DNA of 34,992 nt, taken from positions 1 through 34,992 of the forward strand of contig DASTDQ010000725.1 in the NCBI GenBank assembly GCA_035710305.1. Reading direction: 5' to 3'. Below the pieces are notes generated by a model that searched no databases, had not been told where the DNA came from, and worked only from the letters and a program-made list of their open reading frames with translations. Shown here one piece after another: positions 23,395 through 31,836 of this stretch (its first letter is position 1; every line of letters begins with the position of its first letter). The DNA is from Vicinamibacterales bacterium (GTDB lineage: Bacteria; Acidobacteriota; Vicinamibacteria; Vicinamibacterales; UBA2999). Made by a program: the position numbers and the translations under genes.

Positions 23395-25289
23395 GCTCGC
23401 TCTCCTCCCTGCGTGTGCTTCACTTCGCGCGGCAAGCGTTCAATTGCGGGTACATGAATGGTGCGTCCAACCTGCTTCGCGGTGTCGACGTAGGCGGCGA
23501 CCCCCGCCACCGTGGGCGCCTCGAAGAAGTCCTTGAGCGGCATCTCTACCTCGAGCACCTCACGCACGCGCGCAAGGATCTGCGTTGCGATAAGGGAGTG
23601 CCCACCCAGATCGAAAAACCTGTCGAGCACACTCAGCCGCTCCAGGCGCAGCACCTTTGACCAGATGCCGGCAACGATCTCTTCAGTCGCGGATCTCGGT
23701 GCGACGAGCTCAGCGTCGGGCTTCTCCGAGAGCCTCCTGGGCGCCGGAAGCGCCCGCCTGTCGACCTTCCCGCTGAGGGTGTGCGGCAACTCCTCCAGCT
23801 GGATGAAGGCCGCAGGGATCATCCAGATGGGCAGGTATTCGGACAGGTACTGTTTGAGCACGCCGGGCTCGACGTCATCGTTGCGGACGATGTACGCACA
23901 CAGAAACGTCTCGCCCGCCTCTTCTCCGGTGACCACGACAACGTCTCTGATGGACGGGTGGTCGCGCAGGAGGCTCTCGATTTCTCCCAGTTCGACGCGG
24001 AACCCGCGAATCTTGACCTGGTGATCTTTCCTTCCGAGAAACTCGAAGTTCCCATCCTCCAGGACACGTCCCATGTCGCCGGTCTTGTAGACGATGTCCT
24101 CCGGATCGTTACTCCATGGATTCTTGATGAACACCTCGCCGGTCAGATCGGGACGGTTGTAATAGCCCAGCGAGCGGTACGGTGTGCGTATGTAGATCTC
24201 TCCCACCATTCCGGGTGGACACGGATTCCCCTTCGCATCGACGACGATCGCCGACGCTCCTTCGATCGGCTTCCCGATGGGAATCGAGCGCCTGCCCGCG
24301 TCGGACGGCCGTACGAAATAGCAGAACTTCGCCAGCGTGGTCTCGGTGGGGCCAAGCAGGTTGACCAGCTGGATCCGGTCGTCGTACACCTCGGTCCATC
24401 GCCTCACGTCCGAGGGAAGCAGCGCCTCACCGGCCAGCAGCACGTGCTTCAGGTGCGCGAGCCGGCCCGGGTGCAGTTGCTCGTTGAGAAGCAGGCGGAA
24501 CAGCGACGGCACACAGTGCACGAGATTGATCCGCCGATGGTCGATCCAGTCGAGCAGCTTTCGCCCATCGAGCAGCGTTTCGCGCTCGGCAGGGACGCAC
24601 ACCGTACCGCCGGCACACAGTGGCACGAAGACGTCCCTCAGAAACGGATCGAATGACGGCGTCGTCAGCTGACTGACCCGCGTGCCGTGACCAGCGCCGA
24701 CGGTCTTGATCTCCCACCCGATGAAGTGATCGAGTCCCTTGCGACGCCCCGCGATCCCCTTCGGCCGGCCCGTGGAGCCCGACGTGAAGTAGACGTAGCA
24801 CATGTCGTCTGGCGCGACTTCGATCGGCAGCCTCGCGTCGCCCGGGCTCTCGTCCTCGAGGTGGATGACGCCATGAGCTCGTTCGCACGCCTCGTCGAGG
24901 CACACGACCCTCGACCCGGGGTGACGGTCGTTCAGCGCCTCGCGAACATGCGCGCCCGTTCCGCAAGCCAACAGCGACCACGCCGGCGCAAGCTCCGACA
25001 CGATTCCCTCGAGCCGTTTCGGCGGCATCGTCGAGTCCATCGGGGCGAACGCAAGGCCGGCCTTCAGCGACGCGAGCATCCCGACGATCACCTGCACACG
25101 GTCCTCGACGAGGATGGCGACGACCGACCCTTTCGTGGCACCGGCGGAGAGGAAAAGCCTGGCGAGCCGGTCCGCCTTCCGGCGAAGCTCGCCGTAGGTC
25201 AGCCTCCGTTCGCCGCACTCGATCGCCGTCGTCTCACTGAAAGACTCGGCGGCGCGGTCGAACCAATCAACGATGCCTTCGCGTGTCAT
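23391..25289 (-). CDS. Stand-alone NRPS adenylation-thiolation (A-T) didomain protein, unassigned substrate
   Basis: 632-aa ORF, ATG at 25289, 14 nt after the asnB-like stop. It begins directly with A-domain N-terminal sequence (IVDWFDRAAESFSETTAIE...LTYGEL). Motifs: FTSGSTGRPKG, SFDPFLRDVF, NLLGPTETT, YKTGD, KIRGFRVELGEIE, SGKVDRRAL. The carrier motif is RFFDLGGHSLIA. It ends in a T-C-linker-like tail (IERLPREVKHTQGGERA). Confidence 0.93.
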   Translation of the reverse strand: MTREGIVDWFDRAAESFSETTAIECGERRLTYGELRRKADRLARLFLSAGATKGSVVAILVEDRVQVIVGMLASLKAGLAFAPMDSTMPPKRLEGIVSELAPAWSLLACGTGAHVREALNDRHPGSRVVCLDEACERAHGVIHLEDESPGDARLPIEVAPDDMCYVYFTSGSTGRPKGIAGRRKGLDHFIGWEIKTVGAGHGTRVSQLTTPSFDPFLRDVFVPLCAGGTVCVPAERETLLDGRKLLDWIDHRRINLVHCVPSLFRLLLNEQLHPGRLAHLKHVLLAGEALLPSDVRRWTEVYDDRIQLVNLLGPTETTLAKFCYFVRPSDAGRRSIPIGKPIEGASAIVVDAKGNPCPPGMVGEIYIRTPYRSLGYYNRPDLTGEVFIKNPWSNDPEDIVYKTGDMGRVLEDGNFEFLGRKDHQVKIRGFRVELGEIESLLRDHPSIRDVVVVTGEEAGETFLCAYIVRNDDVEPGVLKQYLSEYLPIWMIPAAFIQLEELPHTLSGKVDRRALPAPRRLSEKPDAELVAPRSATEEIVAGIWSKVLRLERLSVLDRFFDLGGHSLIATQILARVREVLEVEMPLKDFFEAPTVAGVAAYVDTAKQVGRTIHVPAIERLPREVKHTQGGERA

Positions 25290-25303
25290 GTAATGCTGTT
25301 ACC

Positions 25304-27175
25304 TCAGTTGCGGCTGGGCAGATCGAACGTATCGAGCAGAATGCCGAACGTGAGCACGATCAGCAGCCAGTCGCTCTCCAGGTGGGGATTGATCTTGGAC
25401 CCGGGCCGTGAATACTGCGTCTTCAGCCTCTCGATCGTGTCCGGGTTGAAGTACCCCTGCCTCTTGATCCGGCCGGGCGACAGCATGTCGTTCACCCACT
25501 CGATGTTCTGCTGGAGCAGATACGGGCTGCCCGGCGCACGGAACCCGAACTTTTCCCTGTCGATGATCTCTCGCGGGACCTGACCTTCGGCGACTTTCTT
25601 GATGATGTACTTCTCGGTCAGGCCGTTGACCTTCATGCCTGGCGGGATCTCCCGCGCGAACTGCACCAGGTTGATGTCCAGAAAGGGATATCTCGCCTCG
25701 ACCGCGTGTGCGAGCGCCATCCTGTCCCCGTGATCGGACAGCAGGTGATCGGCAAGCCTCAGCTTGTAATCGAGGTACGAACGCTGGTGCAACGGGTGGC
25801 GGCCCCGGAGTTGTTCCTTGTCCACGAGCTCGAAGCTCGTGCAGTCGAACTGCTCGAAGCACTCGTTGACACCGGCGGAGTACAGGGCCTGCTTCACGTC
25901 CCTCAGCGCGTACTGATGCTGTTCGTAGAAGAGGTCGCGATCGCCCCACAGCCTCTCGCGCAACTCGTCCTCGAGGACGGAGTCGAGGTCGTGCTTCCTC
26001 TCCGCGCGCAGCCCTGCCTGGTCGAAGCGGTAGCCGATGTAGCCGCCGAACGTCTCGTCGCTACCTTCTCCCGTGAGCACGACGGTGATGCCGTTCTTCT
26101 TGGTCGCACGCGACAGCGCCATCGAGCAGGTGTTGTACGTCTCCCTGACGGGGCATTCGCAGTGGTAGATCATTCCCGGCAGGCGCTGCTGGATCTCGGA
26201 CCAGTCGAACATCAGCTCGTGGTGAATCGACTGGTTGGACTCCACCATCATCTGTTGAAAGCGCTTCTCGGACAGTTCCCGGTTTTCGTCGCTGAACGCA
26301 ATCGAGAACGAATGACGCGTCACCTCCGGTGAGGCCCGTTTGATCAGCGCTGCGATCAGCGACGAGTCGAGTCCGCCGCTCAGATAGAACCCCACCGGCA
26401 CGTCGGCCTGCAGGCGGTATCGGACCGACTGCAGGAGCAGTTCATCGACGCGGCTCGCATAGTAACGTTCCGGCCTCTCGTCGATGCCGTCGCTCATCCT
26501 GGGATAGTCCAGATCCCAGTAGCGTCTCACCGCGACGCGTGAATCCTCGAGGGTGACATAGTGGCCGCTCTTCAGGCTCTCGATACCCTTGAACATCGTC
26601 CGCGGGCTGACCAGGCCAGGGAACGAGAGGACCTGGTCGAGGCCCGTCAGGTCCACTTCACGGCGGACCATCGGATGCTCCAGGATGGCCTTGATCTCCG
26701 AGCCGAACACGAAGACGCCATCCGCGAGCGTGTAGAACAGAGGAGCAACGCCGAAATGGTCCCTCGCGAGGAAGAGCGTCCGCTTTCGCCGATCGTACAG
26801 GACGAAGGCGAACTGGCCGTTCAGTTCCTGCAACAACTCGACGCCGTGTTCCTCGTACAGGTGGAGGATCACCTCCACGTCGCTGTTGGTGCGGAAGACG
26901 TGGCGATCGCGAAGGCGATCCCGCAACTCGGCGTAATTGAATATCTCGCCGTTGCACAACAGCACGAGCGACCGATCCTCGCTGTAGATCGGCTGATCGC
27001 CGGTCTGCAGGTCGATGATGCTGAGCCTTCGAAATCCGAGCCCTACGTTGTCCTCGACGAAGTATCCACACGAGTCGGGGCCGCGATGCACGAGGCGGTC
27101 GGTCATCCTCGTGAGCACCGCACGGTCGACACCCTCGTGCCGATCCAGGTTGACGAAACCGGTGAGCCCGCACAT
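25304..27175 (-). CDS. asnB: Asparagine synthetase B-family, glutamine-hydrolysing amidotransferase (AsnB-like)
   Basis: 623-aa ORF. ATG at 27175 lies 2 nt after the NRPS-2 TAG. It has the N-terminal nucleophile MCGLTG (Cys2), then RGPD, NGEIFNY, SDVEVIL, and the PP-loop SGGLDSS (26380-26360). Both the glutaminase and synthetase halves look intact. Confidence 0.93.
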   Translation of the reverse strand: MCGLTGFVNLDRHEGVDRAVLTRMTDRLVHRGPDSCGYFVEDNVGLGFRRLSIIDLQTGDQPIYSEDRSLVLLCNGEIFNYAELRDRLRDRHVFRTNSDVEVILHLYEEHGVELLQELNGQFAFVLYDRRKRTLFLARDHFGVAPLFYTLADGVFVFGSEIKAILEHPMVRREVDLTGLDQVLSFPGLVSPRTMFKGIESLKSGHYVTLEDSRVAVRRYWDLDYPRMSDGIDERPERYYASRVDELLLQSVRYRLQADVPVGFYLSGGLDSSLIAALIKRASPEVTRHSFSIAFSDENRELSEKRFQQMMVESNQSIHHELMFDWSEIQQRLPGMIYHCECPVRETYNTCSMALSRATKKNGITVVLTGEGSDETFGGYIGYRFDQAGLRAERKHDLDSVLEDELRERLWGDRDLFYEQHQYALRDVKQALYSAGVNECFEQFDCTSFELVDKEQLRGRHPLHQRSYLDYKLRLADHLLSDHGDRMALAHAVEARYPFLDINLVQFAREIPPGMKVNGLTEKYIIKKVAEGQVPREIIDREKFGFRAPGSPYLLQQNIEWVNDMLSPGRIKRQGYFNPDTIERLKTQYSRPGSKINPHLESDWLLIVLTFGILLDTFDLPSRN

Positions 27176-27177
27176 GG

Positions 27178-30100
27178 CTACCCCTGCACCGGCGCGTTGA
27201 AGTCGTTGAGCAGTTGCTGGGTCTCCGACTCGGCGGCCATCGACAGAGCGGACACGCTCAGGTCGGGACGGGCGGCCACGTCGGCGAGAATGCGTTCGAA
27301 GCGGCGCAGCATCTGATCGACGGTGTCGGCGTCGAACAGGTCGACTCCGTAGTGCACCGTGACGTCAAGGCCTCCGTCTCTATGGGAGATGCTCATCCAT
27401 AGATCGAACTCCGTGGCGACGTTGTCGATCTTGAAGCTGCTGACCTCGAGTCCGTGGAGCGACGCCCGCTCCGGGGCCGGTTCATCCAGCTGAAACCAGA
27501 CCTGGAACAGCGCGCGATTCGATGTCCGCAGTGGACGCAGCTGTTCCACCAGCTTCTGATATGGAAGCGACTCGTGACTGTAGGCGTCGAGGCAAACCCT
27601 CCGCACACGCGCCAGGACCTCGCGAAAGGAGGGCGGGCCGGAGAAGTCCGTTCGCAGGACGAGGGTATTCACGAAGAAACCAATGAGCGGATCGGTCTCG
27701 GATCGCGTCCGGCCCGAGACGGGCGTGCCGACGACGATGTCGTCCTGACCGCTGTAGCGGTACAGCAGCGTCTGAAACGCCGCAAGAAGGAGCATGAAGG
27801 AGGTCACACCTTCGCTCCGGCCCAGCTCGGCCAGGTCCCGATACAGGTCGCCGGACACTCTGATTGACTGGGTGGCGCCGCGGCGGGTCGGCGCCGCCGG
27901 TCGAGGATGCCGCGTCGGGAGAAGCAGGGGCGCCGGCTCCCCCTGGAGCTGTTTCGTCCAGTAAGACAGGTGCGCCTCCAGGACTTCTCCCTGGAGCCAG
28001 TGTCGTTGCCAACTGGCGAAGTCGGCGTATTGAATGCCCAGCTCGCGCAGCGGCGAGAGACCACCCTGGCTGAACGCGGCGTAGAGGTGAGTGAATTCGG
28101 CGATCATCCGCTCGATCGACCAGCCGTCCGACACGATGTGATGCATCGTGAACACGACGATGTGTTCCCGCGGAGTCAACCGGAGGACTTTCACGCGGAG
28201 TAATGGCGCTCGAGCCAGGTCGAAGGGGCGTCCCATTTCGTCCGACAGGACGCGCCGTGCCTCGGGTTCGCGCTCGGCGAGCGTCAGGCTTGACAGATCC
28301 GCGATCGGAGCCGGGAATCGACCTGGTTCCAGAATGCACTGACGCGGTTGGCCGCCCTCCGCGAGGAACGCGGTGCGGAGCGTTTCGTGCCGCCTGACGA
28401 TCTCGGCGATCGTCTGCTCGAATGCGGCGAGGTCCAACGCGCCATTGAAACGGACGATCCTGACCATGCTGTAGAACGGATTGTCTGGTTCGACCTGGTG
28501 CATGAACCAGAGACGTTCCTGTGCGAACGAGAGAGGCAGAACCCCTTGCCGGCTGGTACGCTCGATAGCCCGCGTCTCTGCACCCAGTCCAGTGCTGGCC
28601 GCAGTTTCGAGACGCGCCGCCAGGCTGGCCACCGTGGGAGACTCGAACAGATCGCGGTACGACAGGTTCACCTGGAATGCCGCGTTCAGCCGGGTCAGGA
28701 TCTGGAGCGCCAGGAGAGAATGGCCCCCCAGGTCGAAGAAATCGTCTTCCACGCCGACCTCGTCGAGGCGCAGCACCTGCGACCAGATGGTTGCCAGAAT
28801 CTCTTCGCGCGGAGTACGTGGCGCAATCTTTGTCTTCGCCGATCGCCTCAGCGAATCAGGCGCAGGCAGTGCCTCTCGATCGACCTTTCCGTTGCGCGTC
28901 AACGGCAGGGACTCCAGCCTGAGGAACGTGGCCGGAATCATGTAGTCTGGCAGGCGCTCGTTCAGCCACGCTCGCAGCTCGCCGACGTCGACATCCGCTT
29001 CGGCACCCAGATACGCGACGAGGCGCACATCGCCTGGCGTGTCCTCGCGGGCAAGGACGGCCACGTCCCGCACGCCCCGGTACGTGCCGAGCACGGCCTC
29101 GATCTCGCCGAGCTCGATGCGAAAGCCTCGAATCTTGACCTGATGGTCGACCCGTCCCAGGAACTCGAGGTTTCCGTCGGCGCGGTACCGCGCCAGGTCG
29201 GCGGTCCGGTACAGTCGCGCACCGGGGCTGTCGCCAAACGCATCGGGAACAAAGGCCGCGGCTGTCGAGTCCGGACGCCCAAGGTAGCCTCGCGCAAGCT
29301 GTGAGCCTCCGAGGTACAGCTCCGCGGCGGCGCCCGTTGGCATCAGCCTCAACCGGCTGTTCAGCAGGTGGATTTGCGTACCGACCGTCGGTCGACCGAT
29401 GGGCACCGCCCCCGAGCCGTCTGCAGCGCCGTCTCCGCCGGGCACTTCGTAGATGCAGCAGCCCACGGTGGCTTCAGTGGGACCGTACTCGTTGACAATC
29501 CTGGTGTTGGGCGCGTGTGTCCTCCAGGGGCGGAGAGTCTCGCCATGCAACGCCTCGCCGCCAATGACGATCACGTTGGCCAATCCGGGAACCCGGTCGT
29601 GAGACAACTGCTGATTCAAGAGTGCCAGGTGGGATGGCGTGATCTTCAGCAGGCTCCAGCCGCCCGCCCGACTGAGTGCCTCACCAAGCTCGTCCACGGG
29701 TAAGTCGTCCGGCAGCACCGACACGCACCGGCCGGTGAGTAATTGAGGGAACACACTCGTAATCGTCAGGTCGAAGCCGAGGGGGGAATGTAGCGGGGCA
29801 CCACGCCCCTCTGACACCCGGTATTCCCGGGTGCTCCAGCTCAAGTACTGCGCGAGAGCCCGATGGGAGACCATCACCCCCTTGGGCGACCCGGTCGATC
29901 CAGATGTGTAGATGACGTACGCAAGGCTCTCGGGCATTCCCGGCTCTGACAGGTTCTCGCGACTCTCGCGGGCAATCGCCTCCCAGTCCGCGTCCAGACA
30001 AACCGTCGAACCCGTCGGCGGTGAAAACCGGTCGCGCAGCAGCTGCTGTGTCACTAACAGGGATACCCCCGCGTCCTCGATCATGAACATCAACCGCTGT

Positions 30101-31821
30101 CGCGGGTAACCGGGATCGAGTGGGACGTACCCTCCGCCGGCCTTGAGAATGCCAAGTATCCCTACGACCATCTCGGGCGAGCGCTCCACGCACAGGCCAA
30201 CGAGGGTGTCCGTGCCGACGCCGGCCCTCCTCAAGTAGCGAGCCAGTTGGTTCGCGCGGGCATTCAGTTCCCGGTAGTCGAGCGTCGTTGCACTCGACGC
30301 CACGGCCACTGCGTCTGGAGTGCGGTCGACTTGTGCCTCGAACTGTTCCTGCACGCAGCCGTTCGGGACAACAGCGGCAACCTCGGGCGGGCGGTTCCAC
30401 TCGAGCAGCAGCCTGTGACGCTCGGATTCGCCCACGATTTCCAGATCGCCGATCGGCGCGCTCGGCTGCTTCGCGATGCTGGTCAGGAGCGTCTGAAGCT
30501 GCGACGCCAGCCGCTCGATGTCGCCCTCGGCAAAGTAGCGATGGTCGTAGTGCAGCTCGATCGAGAGCGCTCCCTGCCGCCGCGCGGAGGACAACTTGAT
30601 CCGGAACTGGTCGGTACACGCGCTCAGGCGGTCGATGGTGAACGTCGTATCGTCACCGACCGACAGGACTGGCGGGATCTCTTCGAAGTCGAAACAGAGA
30701 GGGTAATGCGCCTGCTCGATGTCGGCATCGGCCGCAGCGAGCATGTCCCTGCAATCGAAATACTCCTGCCACTCCGCGATCTCTTCGACATCGTGTCTGA
30801 CGCGTCGAAGAACCTCGCTGAACGGGTCGTCGTCGACGACGGAACAGCTGAGCGGGAGGTATCGTGCGAACAGGCCGATGGTACCCTCGAGCTGCTCGTA
30901 GTTCCGCCCGTCGAAGGCTGTGCCGATGGGGATTTCCGCCTGCCCGGTCAATCTCCCCAGCAACACTCGCCATGCTGCGAGCAGCAGTGCCGAGGTCGGC
31001 GCTTCCAGTCGGCTGCTGAGCCGCTCGATGTCTGCGCTCAACTGCGAATCGATCCGAACTGCGATCACCTTCGGGTGAAAGCCTCCTTCCTCTATCGACT
31101 CCTTCGGAAAGGGCAACGCGATCTCGCCGGTCGGCCGAGGCCTGTGATTCTTCCAGTACGTCCTGCCGGCTTCAGTGTCAGCGGTCTCGAGGAGTTGATT
31201 CTGCCATTCGGCCAGGTCCGCGTACTGCAGGGGTTCGTCGGACAGTACATCCTGGCGCACTCGGGCAGAGTAGTGCCGGGCCAGTTCACGTACGAGGTTG
31301 CCAAGACCCCTCCAGTCCGCACACAGGCCCGGGAGAGTCAGGAACAACGTGCGGCGACCAGGCGCCAGGCGGATCACGGCAATCTCGAGCAGGGGTCCAT
31401 GCACGAGATCCAACCGCCTGTTCAGCTGGTCCGTGACGATCTGCTCTATTTCGTGCGTCTGACTGGCGGCCCGGTCGCTCAAGTCGTACTGGCGAATCAC
31501 CGGCGACTGGCCTGCGTCAGGAACCTGAACGGGAACGGTGACGCCAGACACGCAGCGGAACGTGGTGCGAAGGATCTCGTGTCTCTCGACGACGTGTCTC
31601 ACCGTGTCGGCGAAGATCGCCTCATCGAACGCTCCGTCTACCAGGACGGTGCACGCCGAGCGACGATTCTGCCAGTCGCCGATCTGCTGAAGGCGCCACA
31701 ACCGATCCTGTTGCGGCGAGAGCCGGAAACCGGCGACATCTTCCTGCATGCCTGCGGACTCGTTTCGAGCGCTCATTCGCTCACCGGCCAGGTGTGTCGA
31801 TTCGTTCGCGAGGGGAAGCAA
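27178..31821 (-). CDS. NRPS-2 (about 1530-1547 aa): C*(no catalytic His)-A(Asn code)-T-C(LCL), ending inside a C-A linker
   Basis: The track ORF starts at TTG 31821; an ATG at 31776 (MSARNES...) is an alternative start. Domain evidence:
- C*: FRLSPQQDRLW and LTLPGLCADWRG (31335-31306) where HHxxxDG is expected.
- Canonical C-A linker: ERHRLLLEWNRP.
- A: YTSGSTGSPKG, FDLTIT / LKITPSH / VIGGE / NEYGPTEATVGC = DLTKVGEVGK (Asn-like).
- T: DFFDLGGHSLLA.
- C: LSFAQERLWFM, MHHIVSDGWS.
- The last residues, ...ESETQQLLNDFNAPVQG*, resemble the xQLLxxWNxT C-A linker. Confidence 0.93.
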   Translation of the reverse strand: MLPLANESTHLAGERMSARNESAGMQEDVAGFRLSPQQDRLWRLQQIGDWQNRRSACTVLVDGAFDEAIFADTVRHVVERHEILRTTFRCVSGVTVPVQVPDAGQSPVIRQYDLSDRAASQTHEIEQIVTDQLNRRLDLVHGPLLEIAVIRLAPGRRTLFLTLPGLCADWRGLGNLVRELARHYSARVRQDVLSDEPLQYADLAEWQNQLLETADTEAGRTYWKNHRPRPTGEIALPFPKESIEEGGFHPKVIAVRIDSQLSADIERLSSRLEAPTSALLLAAWRVLLGRLTGQAEIPIGTAFDGRNYEQLEGTIGLFARYLPLSCSVVDDDPFSEVLRRVRHDVEEIAEWQEYFDCRDMLAAADADIEQAHYPLCFDFEEIPPVLSVGDDTTFTIDRLSACTDQFRIKLSSARRQGALSIELHYDHRYFAEGDIERLASQLQTLLTSIAKQPSAPIGDLEIVGESERHRLLLEWNRPPEVAAVVPNGCVQEQFEAQVDRTPDAVAVASSATTLDYRELNARANQLARYLRRAGVGTDTLVGLCVERSPEMVVGILGILKAGGGYVPLDPGYPRQRLMFMIEDAGVSLLVTQQLLRDRFSPPTGSTVCLDADWEAIARESRENLSEPGMPESLAYVIYTSGSTGSPKGVMVSHRALAQYLSWSTREYRVSEGRGAPLHSPLGFDLTITSVFPQLLTGRCVSVLPDDLPVDELGEALSRAGGWSLLKITPSHLALLNQQLSHDRVPGLANVIVIGGEALHGETLRPWRTHAPNTRIVNEYGPTEATVGCCIYEVPGGDGAADGSGAVPIGRPTVGTQIHLLNSRLRLMPTGAAAELYLGGSQLARGYLGRPDSTAAAFVPDAFGDSPGARLYRTADLARYRADGNLEFLGRVDHQVKIRGFRIELGEIEAVLGTYRGVRDVAVLAREDTPGDVRLVAYLGAEADVDVGELRAWLNERLPDYMIPATFLRLESLPLTRNGKVDREALPAPDSLRRSAKTKIAPRTPREEILATIWSQVLRLDEVGVEDDFFDLGGHSLLALQILTRLNAAFQVNLSYRDLFESPTVASLAARLETAASTGLGAETRAIERTSRQGVLPLSFAQERLWFMHQVEPDNPFYSMVRIVRFNGALDLAAFEQTIAEIVRRHETLRTAFLAEGGQPRQCILEPGRFPAPIADLSSLTLAEREPEARRVLSDEMGRPFDLARAPLLRVKVLRLTPREHIVVFTMHHIVSDGWSIERMIAEFTHLYAAFSQGGLSPLRELGIQYADFASWQRHWLQGEVLEAHLSYWTKQLQGEPAPLLLPTRHPRPAAPTRRGATQSIRVSGDLYRDLAELGRSEGVTSFMLLLAAFQTLLYRYSGQDDIVVGTPVSGRTRSETDPLIGFFVNTLVLRTDFSGPPSFREVLARVRRVCLDAYSHESLPYQKLVEQLRPLRTSNRALFQVWFQLDEPAPERASLHGLEVSSFKIDNVATEFDLWMSISHRDGGLDVTVHYGVDLFDADTVDQMLRRFERILADVAARPDLSVSALSMAAESETQQLLNDFNAPVQG
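30427..31731 (-). other. C*: condensation-like domain lacking both active-site histidines (PGLCADW instead of HHxxxDG), fused by a normal C-A linker to the Asn A domain
   Basis: Reverse complement of 31335-31306 reads L-P-G-L-C-A-D-W-R-G. Aligned to MHHIVSDGWS of the other C domains in this window, this gives H->P and H->G. The domain boundaries are approximate. Confidence 0.8.
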
Positions 31822-31836
31822 GAACGCATCGCGCGA

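Noticed and set aside
25304-27175. The AsnB homologue as a lasso-peptide cyclase or a beta-lactam/carbapenam synthetase.
   Set aside because: Those relatives lack a functional N-terminal Cys nucleophile. This protein starts MCGLTG and keeps the glutaminase motifs. No lasso precursor or leader-peptidase genes, or other beta-lactam pathway genes, are visible in the window.
27178-31821. A colibactin/xenocoumacin-type N-acyl-D-Asn prodrug motif, prompted by the Asn-coded modules and the periplasmic hydrolases.
   Set aside because: Neither Asn module has an E domain or a starter C domain, so the Asn residues are predicted to be L and internal. No ClbP-like S12 peptidase is present. Only the general idea of post-export processing survives, and that is reported separately as inference.
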